Made by a program: the position numbers and the translations under genes
Origin: the human T2T-CHM13v2.0 reference genome, Homo sapiens
NCBI RefSeq assembly: GCF_009914755.1
Contig: NC_060938.1
Strand: one strand, 5' to 3'
DNA: 64,000 nucleotides
The notes under the pieces: generated by a model
The model's database searches: none
What the model was told of the DNA's origin: nothing
Seen by the model: only the letters and a program-made list of their open reading frames with translations
In this document: piece by piece, positions 26,995-41,915 of the stretch
How positions within the stretch are numbered: position 1 is the stretch's first letter
Layout: the number at the start of each line of letters is the position of its first letter

Positions 26995-27295
26995 TGTGTT
27001 AGTTTTCTACTGCGGTGTAACCACAAACTTAACAGCTTAAAACAACAGCCATTTATTAGCTCACATTTCTGTAGATAGAAATCCAGGACAGTATGGCTGA
27101 GTTTTCTATTCAGGCTGAAATGAAATCAAGGTATTGGTTGGCAGTGTTCTTACCTGGAGCTCATAGTCCTCTTCCAAGATCATTCCTTTTATTGGCAGAT
27201 TTCATTCCTCTGCAGCTTTAGAACTGAAGTCTTGTTTTCTTGGTATCAGCCAGGGACTGCTCTCAACTCCTAGAGGTTGTTCTCTGGTCCATAGA
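26995..27295 (-). mobile_element. MLT1 (C/D-like) MaLR LTR fragment
   Basis: tgtgttagttttctactgc..accacaaacttaacagcttaaaacaaca..atttattagctcaca..gaaatcaaggt. Confidence 0.8.
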
Positions 27296-27959
27296 GGGTG
27301 CCTTCAGAGGAGAAAATACAGTAGTGTGGCTGACTCAAGTGTTCCTGGTCTATGTAGCAATTGATTTTCTCTGAGGAGATTAATAAATCAACATTCTTAT
27401 TATATACATCAGCCTCTGTGAATCTGCTTAATGTGGGTCTCCTCTTGCTGTGTTTAAAGATTGGGTTTTGAAACTGATTAGCTGAGATTTAGATCCTGGA
27501 ATGAAGATAAATTCACCAAGATGAAAACCAATGTTGGGGAACAAACTGGGCAGCCAGCCCTCCCTTTTAGGAATCATCTCTCTATTGCTTTACAACTGTA
27601 TTTGTTCTTCAAAATTCTCATTGTATAGCATATCTTGGATTAAAGCCATGGTTAAAATTAAAGATCTCAGAAATTCAAACAAAATGTCTAATAATTTTTC
27701 TTTAGCCAATCTCCTCTCTTTTTTTGTAGAAATTGATTCTTTTACTGAAGCCTTGAGATCTCTGAGCATTATAAACTTTCTGAACTAAAGTAAGAATCCT
27801 GAAAATAAAATTTCAAAGGTGAAATGGTGGCAACTTCACTTCCTATGGGAATTCCTGTAAATATCAGAGAAAAGTGCTTGGCAGTCACAGATTGTTGAGA
27901 GTTATCAAGTAAGCCTCCATAATCTACTGGTTCTTAATGCCTGATCTATATGGCTGACT

Positions 27960-27997
27960 TTGTGTGTGTGGGTGTGTGTTTGTGTGTGTGTGTGTGT
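27960..27997. repeat. Imperfect (TG)n
   Basis: Read directly. Confidence 0.85.
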
Positions 27998-28502
27998 CTT
28001 TTATTTACCAAATTTTGTTTTTTCATCCCTTAGGAAAAGTCAGGCTCTATTTGTTTGAGTATCAGTGGCTCAGAGGTTCTTTTATACAAATGTATTTAGC
28101 TAATTATGTGACTCAAATATCCAAATTTAGAATTATTAAATTCCTTTAGAGCAGATTGATAAACAGGATTATTGTTATTTTATTCCCTTGTCACATTGTT
28201 AGAGAATAAAACTCAATCTGTATTTCTAAAGTCAGTGACAACCATATCATTACATTGGCAAATTTTGTAGACTTAACTGAAACCACATCAAGCCTAAAAG
28301 GCTGCAATGTCACTTAGAATTTTAAAAGTAAACTGTATACTATACAGCTGAAAATATTTAATTTTATAGAAGTTAATATAAAATGACTTAAGATTTTAGT
28401 TGTCTATAAAATCAAAATCTGCCTCAGTGTCATGTGCTTGTGATGTGGGCTTTGGAGCTGCATTAACAAAAGTACATGTCAAGATCAAAGATGGACATAT
28501 TC

Positions 28503-28804
<302 letters not shown>

Positions 28805-28934
28805 GATCGACATATTCTTCCTATCGCTCTCTGTTCTGGTCAGACCACCTTTTGTTTGACTGCCATGTGTTCACAAAGATTTTTGATAAATGTTCATTTA
28901 GGAGGGAACCAATCAGATTATAGATTGGAAATCA

Positions 28935-30302
28935 AGTCACCTGAAGTACAGTTCAACAAGCTGAGATTACTTAGCCTAAAAAAGAGAAAACTTTGGGGAT
29001 ATGTTTAAGATAGACTTGTTTAATTATATAAACTAACCAGTTAATAGCATTTCTTATTGGAAGGATATTAAAGAGTTTACAGAGTCAAAGAGAAGAAGGA
29101 AGAATCAGGCTCAGAAAGGACAGGGAAAGAACAGCTTAAGAGGGCTCAGTAAACCTGGCAGTCACATTCTTCTGGGCTTCACTGCCAAAGTTATCACACT
29201 CCAGCAACTTTCAGTGTTTTTGTTAAGATTCAAAACTAGGGGATCTGGCTTGGGTCATATGTTCACTTTTTGGCTAAAGAATGGCAGGGAATCTTGACTC
29301 ATAATCCCATTAGGCTGCATTCAGTGGGGTAGAGGTAATTTTCCTCAAAGATTTGGGGTGCTATTATCAAAATAGTAAGGAAATATATGCTGTACAGACA
29401 AAAAGTAATGAATATCCACAAAGGTTATGTGATCATAATCTTTGAATATTGGAAAGAGGAAGATGAGCCTTGGTAAGGATGTAAGGCAATAGTTGGAATA
29501 TCCATGGAGGCATATATGTTTCAACATCAGGAAGAACATTCTAACAATTAGAGCTCTTAACAGGCTGTATTGTGAGTTATGGACTTCTTATTCATAGTAG
29601 GATATTCTTTTCATTGCATGTGGTGGAAACGTGACTTGAACTAGCTTGGTAAAAAGAGGAAATTAGTGGAAAGATATTAGGAATGTCTCATGTGAACAAA
29701 GAAAGGATTGAACAGCCAAACTGTGGAGAGGGCAGGCATCCCACTGGGCCCCAGAAACTGCTAGAACCAGAGACTCAAATGCAGCTTTCCTTATTTCTCT
29801 TTCTTTCATCTCTGCTTCTCTCAGAGTATTAGCTCATTTTCCCTCTGCAGACTTACTCTCTCCTGCACATTATGTGAAACATGATTGCTAAGCATGCCTG
29901 GGTTATACATCTCCCAACAATCAAGAGAAACTCTCTCTAGCACATTTAGTGAGAAAAACCTTGGAAAAATTCTCTGGTCCAGGTTGGGCCAAGTGCCCAA
30001 TTCTGAACAAATCAACCAAGGCCAAGGGGCAGGACCCCTAGTTTGGTTCCAGTGCCTTCTCTGGACTGATCTCGGGATGGAAAAAATTGGCTCTTAGGAG
30101 AACTATAATTGAGAAAAGCAGTTCACAGAAAAAAGAGGGATGCTTTTTCCAGAAAAGAATGTGGGGGGCAGGCAATATAGTAATTGCATGTATTCAAAGG
30201 TTAGCTCAATCAGAAATATTAGAGAAATGAATCTTATGTTGGTGGGAATTTGAACTGGAAGAACTTGAAGTTCTTTCCAACTCAGAGATGATGTGATTCT
30301 AG
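28935..30302 (+). mobile_element. CR1/L3-like 3' region in three pieces, split by two old MLT1 LTRs (~29030-29420 and ~29595-30185, minus strand)
   Basis: ttagcctaaaaaagagaaaactttgggg; aggaagaacattctaacaattagagct; ttctttccaactcagagatgatgtgattct (CR1-type end); MLT1J/K-like blocks lie between. Confidence 0.55.
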
Positions 30303-30473
30303 CTGTTTTTCAGGTAAGGCAGGCACATATTGGTTTATACTAGGAATTTTCTTTTTCCACGTATTTCAACTCAAGGATTACTCTGTTTGGAAACTGAGGA
30401 ATATTTATTCAGCTGTTTTTGAATTTGAGGATAGAGGAAAATGTTTTATTTTCTAAAAATGAATGTCTGGTAG

Positions 30474-30859
<386 letters not shown>

Positions 30860-30904
30860 AAATCCGAATGATTTTTTTAAGATTATTTTGGCTTGTTAAG
30901 AAAA

Positions 30905-32050
30905 CTTTTTTTTTTAAATAATTATATATTCATAGCAAGGTACAAAGAAATGTACAGCGAGGTCATATATATCCTTCACCCAGCCTTCCCCAGTGTTGAC
31001 ATATTCCATGGCTCAAGTACAGTATCAAAACCTGGAAACCAATATGGGTACAACCCATAAAACTTATTTCACCAGTAATGCATGCATTCATTTTTGTGTG
31101 TCATCATGCGTAGCTTTGAATAACCACTAGCATCCATCAAAATGCCTCACTGTATTATCAGAAGCCTCTCGTGCCACATCCTGCTAGCCACACCCACCCC
31201 ATCTCATATTCCCTAACCTCTGGTAACCGTGAATCTGTTCTCCATCTCTGTAATCATGTTATTTCACAAATATTACATAAATGAAATTATACAGTATGTA
31301 GCCTTTTGTAATTGGCTTTTTCCACTTTTCTTATGGTTCATCCAAGTGGTTATGTGTATATAGAATTCATTTATTTTTATTGCTGAGTAGTATTTTGTTG
31401 TATGGATGTACCATAGTTTGTTTAACTATTCACCCTTTTAAGGATATTTGGATAGTTTTCAGTTTGGGACTATTATGAATAAAGCTGCTCTGAACCTTCA
31501 TGTACAAATTTCTATGAGAAAAGTTTTCATTTCTCTGGGATATGTATCAAAGAGTACAATCCTGGGTTGTATAGTAAATCTATTTTTAGTTTTAAAAGGA
31601 ACTATCAGACTGTTTTCCAGAATGGCGATTCCATTTTACATTTCCACCAGCAGTGTATGAGTGATCCAAAATCATTTAGCGTTATCATTAATTTTTAAAT
31701 GCCATTTTTGATAGGTGATAGTAATATTGTGATTTTAATTTACATTTTTCTAATGACTAATTGATGTTAAACATATTTTCATGTGTTTACTTGCCATCTA
31801 TATATCCCGCTTGAGTGAAAGGATGTCTGTGTATATTTTTTGCTAATTTTCTAATTGGGTTATTTGATTTTTTTAATGTTGAATTTTGGGAATCCTCTTC
31901 GCATTCTAGATACAAGTTCTTTGTCTGATATATGGTTTACAAATATTTTCTCCCATTCTGTAAACTACCTTTTCATCCTGTTAACAGGGTTTTTGCAGAG
32001 CAAAGGTTTTACATTTTGATGAAGATGATTTTATGTTATTTTTATGATTA
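30905..32050 (-). mobile_element. L1MC-like 3' UTR and ORF2 end
   Basis: atccttcacccagc..acagtatcaaaacc..tttattgctgagtagtatt..ccattttacatttccaccagcagtgtatgag. Confidence 0.85.
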
Positions 32051-33381
32051 ATATTTTAAGGAATGAAGTATACATTTTGCATACTTTTTATTGATCTTAA
32101 GAATTTTAAATTGCCAAATTACCTGCTCTACCTTCTTTTTCAGCTCAGACGTGTTACCAATGCAGATGCAGTTAAATTTTAAGATGAGTAAAACCATTGA
32201 GTACATAGTGTTTAAGTGTAGTGGAATGTCTGTGTGTTCTACTCTATTCTAATACCTGCTTTTCTCTAGTGTTTTAATTAATGTAGCAAAGGAAGATCTC
32301 ACTTTCTGAGGTAGTTTCATTTTGAGTTTCAGCAAGATTTAATAACACCGGAAAGAGGACATGTGATTCTACTTGTACAATGGATTATTGTAAATAAACA
32401 CCTCATATTACTAATATTTTTCTTTCTACACAATCCCAACCATATTAGACAGTGCAGCAACGTCCCATGTTGCTTTGTTTATATAAATTTAGCCTTTAGC
32501 TTTTCCTTTTGGCAGCCCATTTGTTCATTCCAGAAATACTGCACACCTACCAGCTTTGTCAAGATTGTGCTGGGTTCAGGGTTATAATGGGGAATAGTAT
32601 ACACATAGACATAGGTTCTGCCCTCATGGAGCTTACAATTTGGTTCTCATTTCTTATTATGGTAAGCTTGTATTGCCTGTCAGTATTTCACTGATTTGAT
32701 TGAATATCCTTACTTCCCATCTTCTGTCACAGAATCTTCCTCATTCATCCAAAACGCAACATGTCCAAATCTTAGTGAATGCTTTCAGTGCTTTGGGAGT
32801 GGTTACATTCCATTAAGATTAAATCCAAGCCAAGCAAGTAATACTTACAAGCATGCACAGGAGAATATGAGATGAGGAGAGAAATCCTCATACTTAGTTA
32901 ATTTCTTGCCAAGTAGAGAAATTTTCAGTAGAGCCTTAAGTTACCTCAGGGATGGCTGAAGATTCTAAATATGAGATTCCAAAGTCCACCGTTCACCATA
33001 TTCTATAAAAAGAGACTCAGCCATTTGAACAAGCTAGCTAATCAGATGCCCTCTGCATAGTTCATATTTTTAAAAATCTTGGTCCTTATATTATTTATAA
33101 AAAAAGTGACTCTATATTAGTTTTAAGGTATAAATGATACACTTTTCCTATCTGTAAACTAGCTGATCTATTTGTAGTCTGGCTTAAAATGTGACTTGCC
33201 CAAACATAGGAAAATCTTCCAAAACAGGATCTAGACTGTGTAATTAAAAATCAAAATTAGTTAAGAATCAAACGTCTGAATTGAAAATTTAATTTTTAGT
33301 TAAATTATTTGCTATCCAGTCATCTTTAATATTTTGTTTTGCTGTGAGCAGGGTCACATATGACAAATTAAAGGTGGATCA

Positions 33382-33653
<272 letters not shown>

Positions 33654-36600
33654 CTAAGGATTTGAGTTTTGACATTACTAGTACAAGCTGTGTGTAACTT
33701 TGGGGAAGGCTGCTACATTAGTTTCAGTTTCCTATTGCTATGGTAAGAAATTACTACAGATTTAAGTTACATAAAACAACCCAAATTTATTATTTTATAG
33801 TTCTTGAGAATTTTAAAATCAAAGTGTTCTTTAATGACTACAAAAGCTAATACACTGTTAACCTCTTTCCAATTCTATTAATACCATCATTATCTTTAAT
33901 AGTTGCATGGAATCCACATGGAATGCACCATAAATGAATCGAAATCTTATGTTGAACATTTGTTTACTGTCTTTTGCCATTATAAACAATATTATGATGA
34001 ACATCCCTAAATATATGCCTTTGAATACTTGTTCAATTTTATTCATTGGGGCAAAAAGGTATGCACATTTTAAAGAACTACAGTCCACAGGTGTTCATGC
34101 AATTGCTGAGGGTTTTCTGAGAAGGTGAACAAGAGCAGTCTATTTCAAAACTACTGAAGCCCTTTTTGCATGACTGACTGGCATTCCCTAACTGGGCCTT
34201 CTTCGTTGCCCTGACACTGCCTGTTGCTGCTCCTCTGAGAAGGAATGTGTATTCACAGATGAGGCGCTCCATTAGTCATGGTGCATTTCCTGGGCCCTGG
34301 AGACATGGGCATGACATCACCAAGGGCCAATGAGAAAGGATTCTCTGTAGCAAGCTCTCAAAACTCTTTAGAGGATTGTAGACTGTGTGTTCTGTTCCTA
34401 GCCCTCAGGGTGTGATTTGAGCTTGCCTTGCTCATCCAGCCATAGTCTGGGCACAAAAGTCTAGCTTACAGACCCAAGAAGCCAGGACAAGCTTGAAAAT
34501 CTGCAGAGCTGCAGGCAGATTCCCATTTAGTATTTTTTTTTTCCAGGGCTCAGGTTGTTATTCCCAGAGTTTTCCACTCCTAATGATGTTGTTACTTCAT
34601 GTGGTAATGGGTGGGTGGTGAAAGATGAAGTCTGCATTAAATAAAAGACATTTGGCAGTTAAAATTTCTGGGTAAGTATAGGTTGGTAGCATAACAAAAT
34701 CAGAAGTACATTTTACCGTTTTGTTACATTGCTTTTGTGTGTAGTTTCACATAATAAAACAACATCTTTTAACAGCAAAGGCTCCTAGCAAAATGAGTGT
34801 GGCTTAAAATAGGGCAATTACCAAAGAACTTTACTGAGGGGATTAGTAACTCATTAAATCTTTTCTCTTCAAGGAGAAAAGAAACTTAAAAAAAAATTCT
34901 CTTTTCTTGGGTTTTAAGCATTTTGGATAAAAACTTTTCTGTCTTTCTCTGTATCTGTCTCTCTCTCTGCTCCCTAATTTATGTATTTATTTATGAAAAT
35001 GATTTGTGGAATTTAGTCAGGGATAACTTTGTTAATTCTGCACACCAGGAAGTCTATTGAAAGACTTATTTCCTAATTGGCCCAATCTTTTGCTAACAAG
35101 GTATAATTGTAAAATTATCTTTTTAAAAAATAGTCAAGGAAATTAAGGCTCAAAACTCAATGTGAGCTTACACTGAACAGACTTTTATAGCTTAACTCAG
35201 TAGTTGAACCTAAGAGCTGTGCTTTTCTATCTTCATTCAATCTATGATTGAATGAGAATGGTTCTTTTAGTATTTTTTCATGTTTAATTCCTTTTTGATG
35301 AAGTCAAAGAGAAATTGGGAAAAGTAGCCATCTTTATTAGTGTGTTATCTGTGGATGCCATATACTATGGAAGAACCTGCCTCTACCACTTTTAAAAAAA
35401 TGTTTCTGCAAGATAAAGATGATTTTTTTTTGTAATTATAGCAGCTTTTATTTTTAAAAATCACTTGAAACCGCATGAATTTATCCTTATTTCCTAACAT
35501 ATATACCAGTAATTAAAGGACTTTCCTCTAGAACTATAACATACTATAAGACAGGGCACTTTTCAACACTTCAGAGATCCTCCTTCAAAGATCTCTGTGC
35601 AATTCAAAACATTTATTACTAAAATTTCAAAACATCTCTGGAGATATTCTAAATGGTTTTTTTTTTTTGGCTTGTATAGATGAGAAAGTTGAGGTACAGA
35701 AAGATTGAACCTTGTACTTTGTGTCAGTCATAGAAGCAGATACTGCATACATAAATCATTCTTTTATCAAAACTCTTAAGAGGACAGTTCTTTGTGTCTT
35801 TGTATAAAATTGTTCTTGTTTTCCTTTGACAGCTTCAGGCTTTGCCTTATTAACAGCAGTGCTTATTTTTCAAAACCCTTTGATTGAGACAAGAAAAAAA
35901 GCAGGTTCATCTAGCCTAGGCAGAACTGGAAGAAGCCCTGAAAGGGATAAATTACCTAAGGGGTGGCAGTGTGGGGCATGGGAGCACTCCCACTGCCTCA
36001 CTCTTAGCAGAGTACTTGATTCTTCTCAATCCCATCCCACAATTTCTCCCACCTGAACCAATATTTGCCAGTTTTCTACTCGAGGGTTGCCATGACTCCT
36101 GATGAGTTAATATTGGTAAAACACTTTAAGCCTTTGGAAAAAGGTCTCATAAAAGTGTACAATTGGCACTGGCCCTGATAGTAGTCACAGGCTTTTTGAG
36201 TGGGCACTAGGCACCCTCAGATAAGGTTAACCAGATCCCTGTTTTTGGCGAGGACAGGCTCTAGAATGAGGTCTGCTGCTGCCATCTTGAGAGAACACAT
36301 CTGGTTTGAAACGTTGAAAGCCAGGTGACCCTTGAAGCAGCCACACAGTAATGTCTCCTCACTGCTTCTGCTTCCTGCTAATTTGGGGAGCAGCAGGTGC
36401 CTCCCTGAGAAACCCTGCCAGAGGGTTGGCATGCCATGCTGATCGTCTCATTAAGCCCTAAACTTTTTCTACAGAAGAAAACTCTCAAAAGGCGATTCCA
36501 GAATATGACAGAGAGAGGTCATGACAGATAATCAGATCAGTTTATAAAAAGTTAAGGATGAGTCATGTCACTCCTAAAGGAGTTGGCATCAATTTATTAC

Positions 36601-37343
36601 ACAAGACCAAACACTGAAGGAAGAAAAGCCTTTAGTCTCATTAAGGAGCCCAGACAAAAATCCCACTTAATCCATCTTGCTTTTCCTTTTCCTCCAACTC
36701 AGCTGGTGTGCAGGTGTAGGGCAGCTTGGCAGAAGATTTGAACGTTTGGAAAAGGGAGTCATTACTGAAAGTCACTGACACACACTTCCCTTGGAATGCT
36801 GCTGATGTCATGGAAAACCAGGACCTTAGCAATAACCCCTAACAACCACAGCTACAGTAAACAGTAAATGTTACCTCCACCAAGGCATTGGTTTTTAAAG
36901 AGTTTTAACAGGCCAGGGCTTGCCAGCCACAACTCATAAAAATGTTCTTATAATTTTACCCTACTCTCTAAAAGTGCTGGATAACTGCTGAGGTTTCTCT
37001 GCCACTTGGGATGCAAAGCCAAATTCACGTCACTTTCAAGGTTCACTAATCAGAATTTACAGCATTTCTTTTGCAGTCCTCTTCATACCCCCTGCCATGC
37101 TCACAGAGTTAGGTCTGGTAGATTTCATACTTTTTCAAAGAAGTCTCTTGTCTTACTGAGTTGTCTCAATTTCTGGTGATGGTGTGAATTAATGTGCCAG
37201 GTTTTGACTAGTGTTTTATTAGTCTAGAGGTTAGGCAAATCTGGTTAATTGATAGCACTCAATCTATAGGTTATATTCCAATCAATTTGAAACAACCGGG
37301 CAAAGTGGCATTCTATAGTTCAAACTCTGAACTGGGTATTGTC

Positions 37344-37471
37344 AAGGTGACCATATAATTTATCATCAAAACTAGGATATTTTTGAAAGTAAAGGGGCTC
37401 TATTAATAATTACTCTGAGATAACAGCAATAAACCGGGACTGTCGAAGCAAGTTGAGCATAGGGTCACCCT
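37344..37471. mobile_element. MER94 (hAT-Blackjack MITE)
   Basis: aaggtgaccatataatttatcatc..ctattaataattac..aaaccgggactgtc..ggtcaccct terminal inverted repeats. Confidence 0.8.
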
Positions 37472-37507
37472 TGTTACTGTGCCAAGAGTCACCATCTAGC
37501 TGTCATT

Positions 37508-37797
37508 TATTAAGTCAGACATTGAAGAAACTTGCAGGAATGCAGAACAGTGCCACTCTTCTCATGAACATTTTTTGTTTTAGAAAATCTAGTCATTCTC
37601 ATAAAAATGTTATTTATGATAAGATGTTATGAGTTTATTAGTGTTAGTTTTAAATGAATTAAATAAATGCTTTAAAATTCATCTATTTTAATTTCTAATA
37701 TGGTAAATATAATCCTCCCAAGTAAAAGCTCTATAGGTCTTCAATAATTTTTATATTCTTAAAGGGAACCCAAGACTAAAAGTTTTGAGAATTGCTG
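37508..37797 (+). mobile_element. Charlie1-like hAT 3' end
   Basis: attaagtcagacattgaaga..tgccactcttctca..ttctaatatggtaaatat..ttttgagaattgctg. Confidence 0.8.
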
Positions 37798-39309
37798 CTT
37801 TTTCTCTGCATGGGAAAGAATATACTACTAAAGCAAAATGATAAATTCCCTGGCAAGAGAGACCAGCTTAATCATGATTGCATCTGCTACAGCACTAGCA
37901 AAATGTCCTGCATATAGTTAGTATTCTGTAATACATAAATATGAGTAGACAAATCTCGTGTGACAACGCTGAAAAGTTGCTGTGTTTTCTGACGTTTGGG
38001 TATTACATTAACATTATTATTTGGTTTAAGTCTTTGTTTTTTGATATTCAGTATGTTTGGTACTCTTTGTTAATCTTATTTCGACACAACAATGATGATG
38101 TCATTTTTCCTTCGAAAGTTTTATGGGATAGATCAAATTTCCTATGAAATGAGTATGTTAGATAAGAAAACATAAAGCATAATAAAAGTAGGACTCCTTT
38201 CTTTTAACCTGCCTAACTCATGTTTATCCTTTATCTCAGGTGTCATCTTCTTCATTTGGCCTTCCTAGACCTTCCCAGGCTGGTCTGCAGCCCCTCCCAT
38301 GTGCTTTCAAAGTACCTTTTATCACAAGACTTATGACTCAGGGTCATTCCATTCATATGTTGGTTTCCCCAGTTAATTTTGAGTGCTTTTATGTCAGAAG
38401 CATCCTTTAATTTCCTTATTCCCAGAATTAAATGATGCTTGGTAAAGCTATTAAAGACTATCTGTTACACTGAAATGAATATAAAGAAGGAAAAACTAGT
38501 TAATTTAACTTTTACTAGTTAATGAAGTGTTTTTTTTTTAAATGTCATATGACATGATTTCTATAGTACTGGAAGAAAAAATTTTTTAGAGTAAAGGAAA
38601 CCACAGTTTGAGGAAAGAAGATAGATTGCTTTGTTATGACCTTACATGCAGATTGATTTACATCTACCTACCCCTCCACTCTCAAACTCCTTTTCAGAGT
38701 TAGACTCTTTTAAGCCCTTTAAGGGTTACGTATTTCTGAGTATGTGATTTCTGTCAATATCAGAAATTATTTCCATTGGCAAAAAAAGTTATGAAATGAT
38801 TTCTATAATATAGGTTTACTTTTGTTGCAAGTAACTTTTCATTCTTTATGTTTTTCTTTCTTTCAAATGAAAATATTATCTTCTATATTTAAATTTGTTC
38901 CTTGAGTTAGAAATATAATATTTTAAATCCATGCTTAATTTAATTTAGAAGACATCTCCAAGGCCTAAAATTGACTTGCTGTTTTGTAAGTCAACATGAC
39001 AGGATAAACAGAGGCCATAGTTTATTTGGGAAGCAGCATGATCGTCATGATTTAATAATAGTGATAATTATATGTAATAAGTAAAAGTAGGAATCTAAGT
39101 TTTATGAAGATGGTTTTTAATGCCATGTGTTTTGCTTGGTTTTAGTTTGGGTCTTTTCTCTGAGTGCTGTTCTGTGCCTCCACATTTGTTTCTCTTTTTG
39201 GAGACCACACATTTTGGATAATTACTTACCAAACTTATATGCAAATTATTGATGAGAGTCAGAACACATCACAGTTTTTATCAAGTCTCCACTAAAAAAG
39301 GGGTTGGGG

Positions 39310-39388
39310 GCTTGCAGTGAGCTGAGATGGCACCACTGCACTCCAGCCTGGGCGACAGAGCAAGACTCTGTCTCAAGGAAAAAAAAAA
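39310..39388 (+). mobile_element. Severely 5'-truncated Alu (right-arm 3' end)
   Basis: gcttgcagtgagctgagatggcaccactgcactccagcctgggcgacagagcaagactctgtctc plus A-run. Confidence 0.85.
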
Positions 39389-41439
39389 GGCGCGGAGGGC
39401 GAGGGGGTGGGGGGGGAGTTATTATGCTGTCTGAGATGGAGTCCTAAAGGAACACTGTGATTTCTGTGGACAGGTGACTGGCTGGATGGGGATGAGAGAG
39501 CTGGGTACTTGTCCCAACTTTGCCACTTTCTAAGTTTTGGTGTGTTTTTAGCATGTCACCTTACTTCTCTTAGCTGCTATTAGTGTCCCCATCTGTAAAA
39601 TCAGTCTGATCAGGCTGGGTTAGATGATCTCCAAGGTCTTTTACAAATCATCTAATTCTATAGCTTGTGTAGTCTTCTGTCAGGATTTCTTGTTCTTGAA
39701 GTCCCTAGTTGACAGATAATGGTGTGGAAGGAAATGATACATGGCAGAGTCCTGAATGACCAAAATGGACTTTGTCCACACTTATGTGCTAATCTCCAAA
39801 GAAGAAGAAAATACAAATGGGCCAGCGGCCAAACATGAAAATGGTGACAGTGAGCAAAACATTGAAGCAGACAGCTGAAAGCTTCATTTCCTGGCCCGGC
39901 TGCCATGAGAAATGCTGTGCTTGCCAAACCCTTCAGGCTGTCAAGGCCAGAACTTTGGCTAGCTCTTATTTTGAGCTCCCCCCATACCACACACACAAAC
40001 CACACAGGAAAATTGTCTCTCTCCCTTTATATTTGTGCCTTTTGGCTACACTTCTATTTATGCCAAGTCCTTGCCTAATCTCCTTCCTTCCAGCTGTCAC
40101 TATACTCTGCCTGTTGCTTTCTGGGGGCTTTGAAAAGCAGCTGCAACCTTCAGAGGAAGCGCAGGGTGGTTGGCATTGGTGGAAGGGTATTGTAAGTGTG
40201 TGTGGACTCTATCAGAACCAACCGTCACTTTTACCTGGTTTATGGACAGTCCAAACAGTGTTCTCACTCTCTTTCCTTGGCAAATGTTAGAACTGATGGC
40301 TTTATTTTTTTCTCCCTCCCTTCATCTTCAGGGATTTTTTTTTTCTCTTCTACATTACTCAGCCTTTTTGTCTGTGAACATCCTGTGGAAGATTTCATTT
40401 ATCTTAGGTTCTTTGGCCAGGCTGCTCATCATCTTTTTTTTCCACATAAAACATATTTACCTAATGAGAGAACTTAAGATGGATAACCAGAGCCTCTGTA
40501 CTCTCTCACAAGCCTAGAAATTTGACACTTTCTCAATTCTGACAGTTCATCCCAAACCATTGGCCTCCTAAGGCCCAGAGAGCTCTTGGTCATTTGCTGT
40601 CTGTCTAGCCCCAGCTGTTGGAGAACTAGCTTAGGTGTACTTTCACCCCTGGCCTGTGTTGTTTCCCCACAGAGCTTGTCTGCATATGTCTCATATTGGC
40701 TCTTAGTGAGGGCGGCTGAGCAAAGAGGCACTTGGTTGTCATCATTTTAGAAAATCAAGGAAGAATCTCAGGAAGCCTGATTGAAGAATCTTGGCTCAAT
40801 ATAGGGGAACACCATGTACTATGAAGGTTTTAAGTTATTGCGCTTGCACAGACTGACTTTGTGGCCTTAATATGGAAAGCAAAACAAGATTAAAATCTCA
40901 CACAGTCATTGTCTTTTGTAGTAGAGCATTGTCTTTTGTTGATGAGTAGAGCTTTTTGAGATACAATGAGTTGTTCTCTGCTGCTCTTTCTGGAAACTTC
41001 GTTAACTATCTTGCCCTATACCTGGCAGTGCCAACCCACATTTCTGTTTATATAAAAGGAACTCCATATCCTCTTCAGAAGCTAGTAAACAAAAAAACCT
41101 CAAAGCATATCTGTATTGGGGTTTGTCTATGTTTTCTCATGTCTGTATTTTGTGTTTTATTTAAAATAATTAAAATGTTAATTGATTTTAACTTCAAACA
41201 GATGAATTTGTTTGCTAAAATTCTTTTTTTGATGGGATCTTGTTTACCTTTTTGTATACTATATAAAGTCTTTTTTATTCATATTGGGAAGATAACACTA
41301 CAAAGCCATTTTTTTCCATTTCTGCCTGTATAATTTCCTCAATCTTTGACTTGCTTGGCTATATTGTTTCAAATACCCAGTTAACCTTTTTATTACTCAT
41401 TTCCTTATTACATGCTTTTGCATTGTCTACAATTCATAG

Positions 41440-41915
41440 AATCAGTATGGTAAAACATTAGAGCTGGAAAAGCCATTAAATATTAACTATCCAAACTCCC
41501 TATTTTATATTAATAGATGAGAAAAAGCCTGCAGAAGGAACATGATTAGACCAAGGTCACACACATGCCACAGCCAGGCTGACAAGTCTTCTGACCCATT
41601 GTCTAGTGGTTTTCCATTATAACACCTGTGCTCCATGTGTCAGGAATTTTCCAAAGCACTAGTGAGAACTCCATCAGAGACTGCATCCTACTGGAAAGGG
41701 CACAGGCTTTGGAGCTGGATAGATCTGGGTTTGAATATCTTGTTCTGCCACCTACGGGCGGGGTACATTAGGCAAGGAACCAAAGCTTTTGGGGACTTGT
41801 TTTTTCCTCTGTTATATGGCAAAAGTAACAAGAATACTTTATGGTTATTGTGGGTATTAAATTATATAACCTACATTAAAGTACCTGTTACACATATTAT
41901 GTTTAATAAGTTATT
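41440..41915. mobile_element. Two MIRs in opposite orientation (~41440-41620 minus; ~41690-41915 plus)
   Basis: atagatgagaaaaa..ccaaggtcacaca; ggctttggagctggatagatctgggtttgaat..ttattgtgggtattaaa. Confidence 0.65.

Noticed and set aside
39817-40517. Overlapping 93-157 aa ORFs
   Set aside because: Pyrimidine-rich low-complexity translations with no homology or splice context
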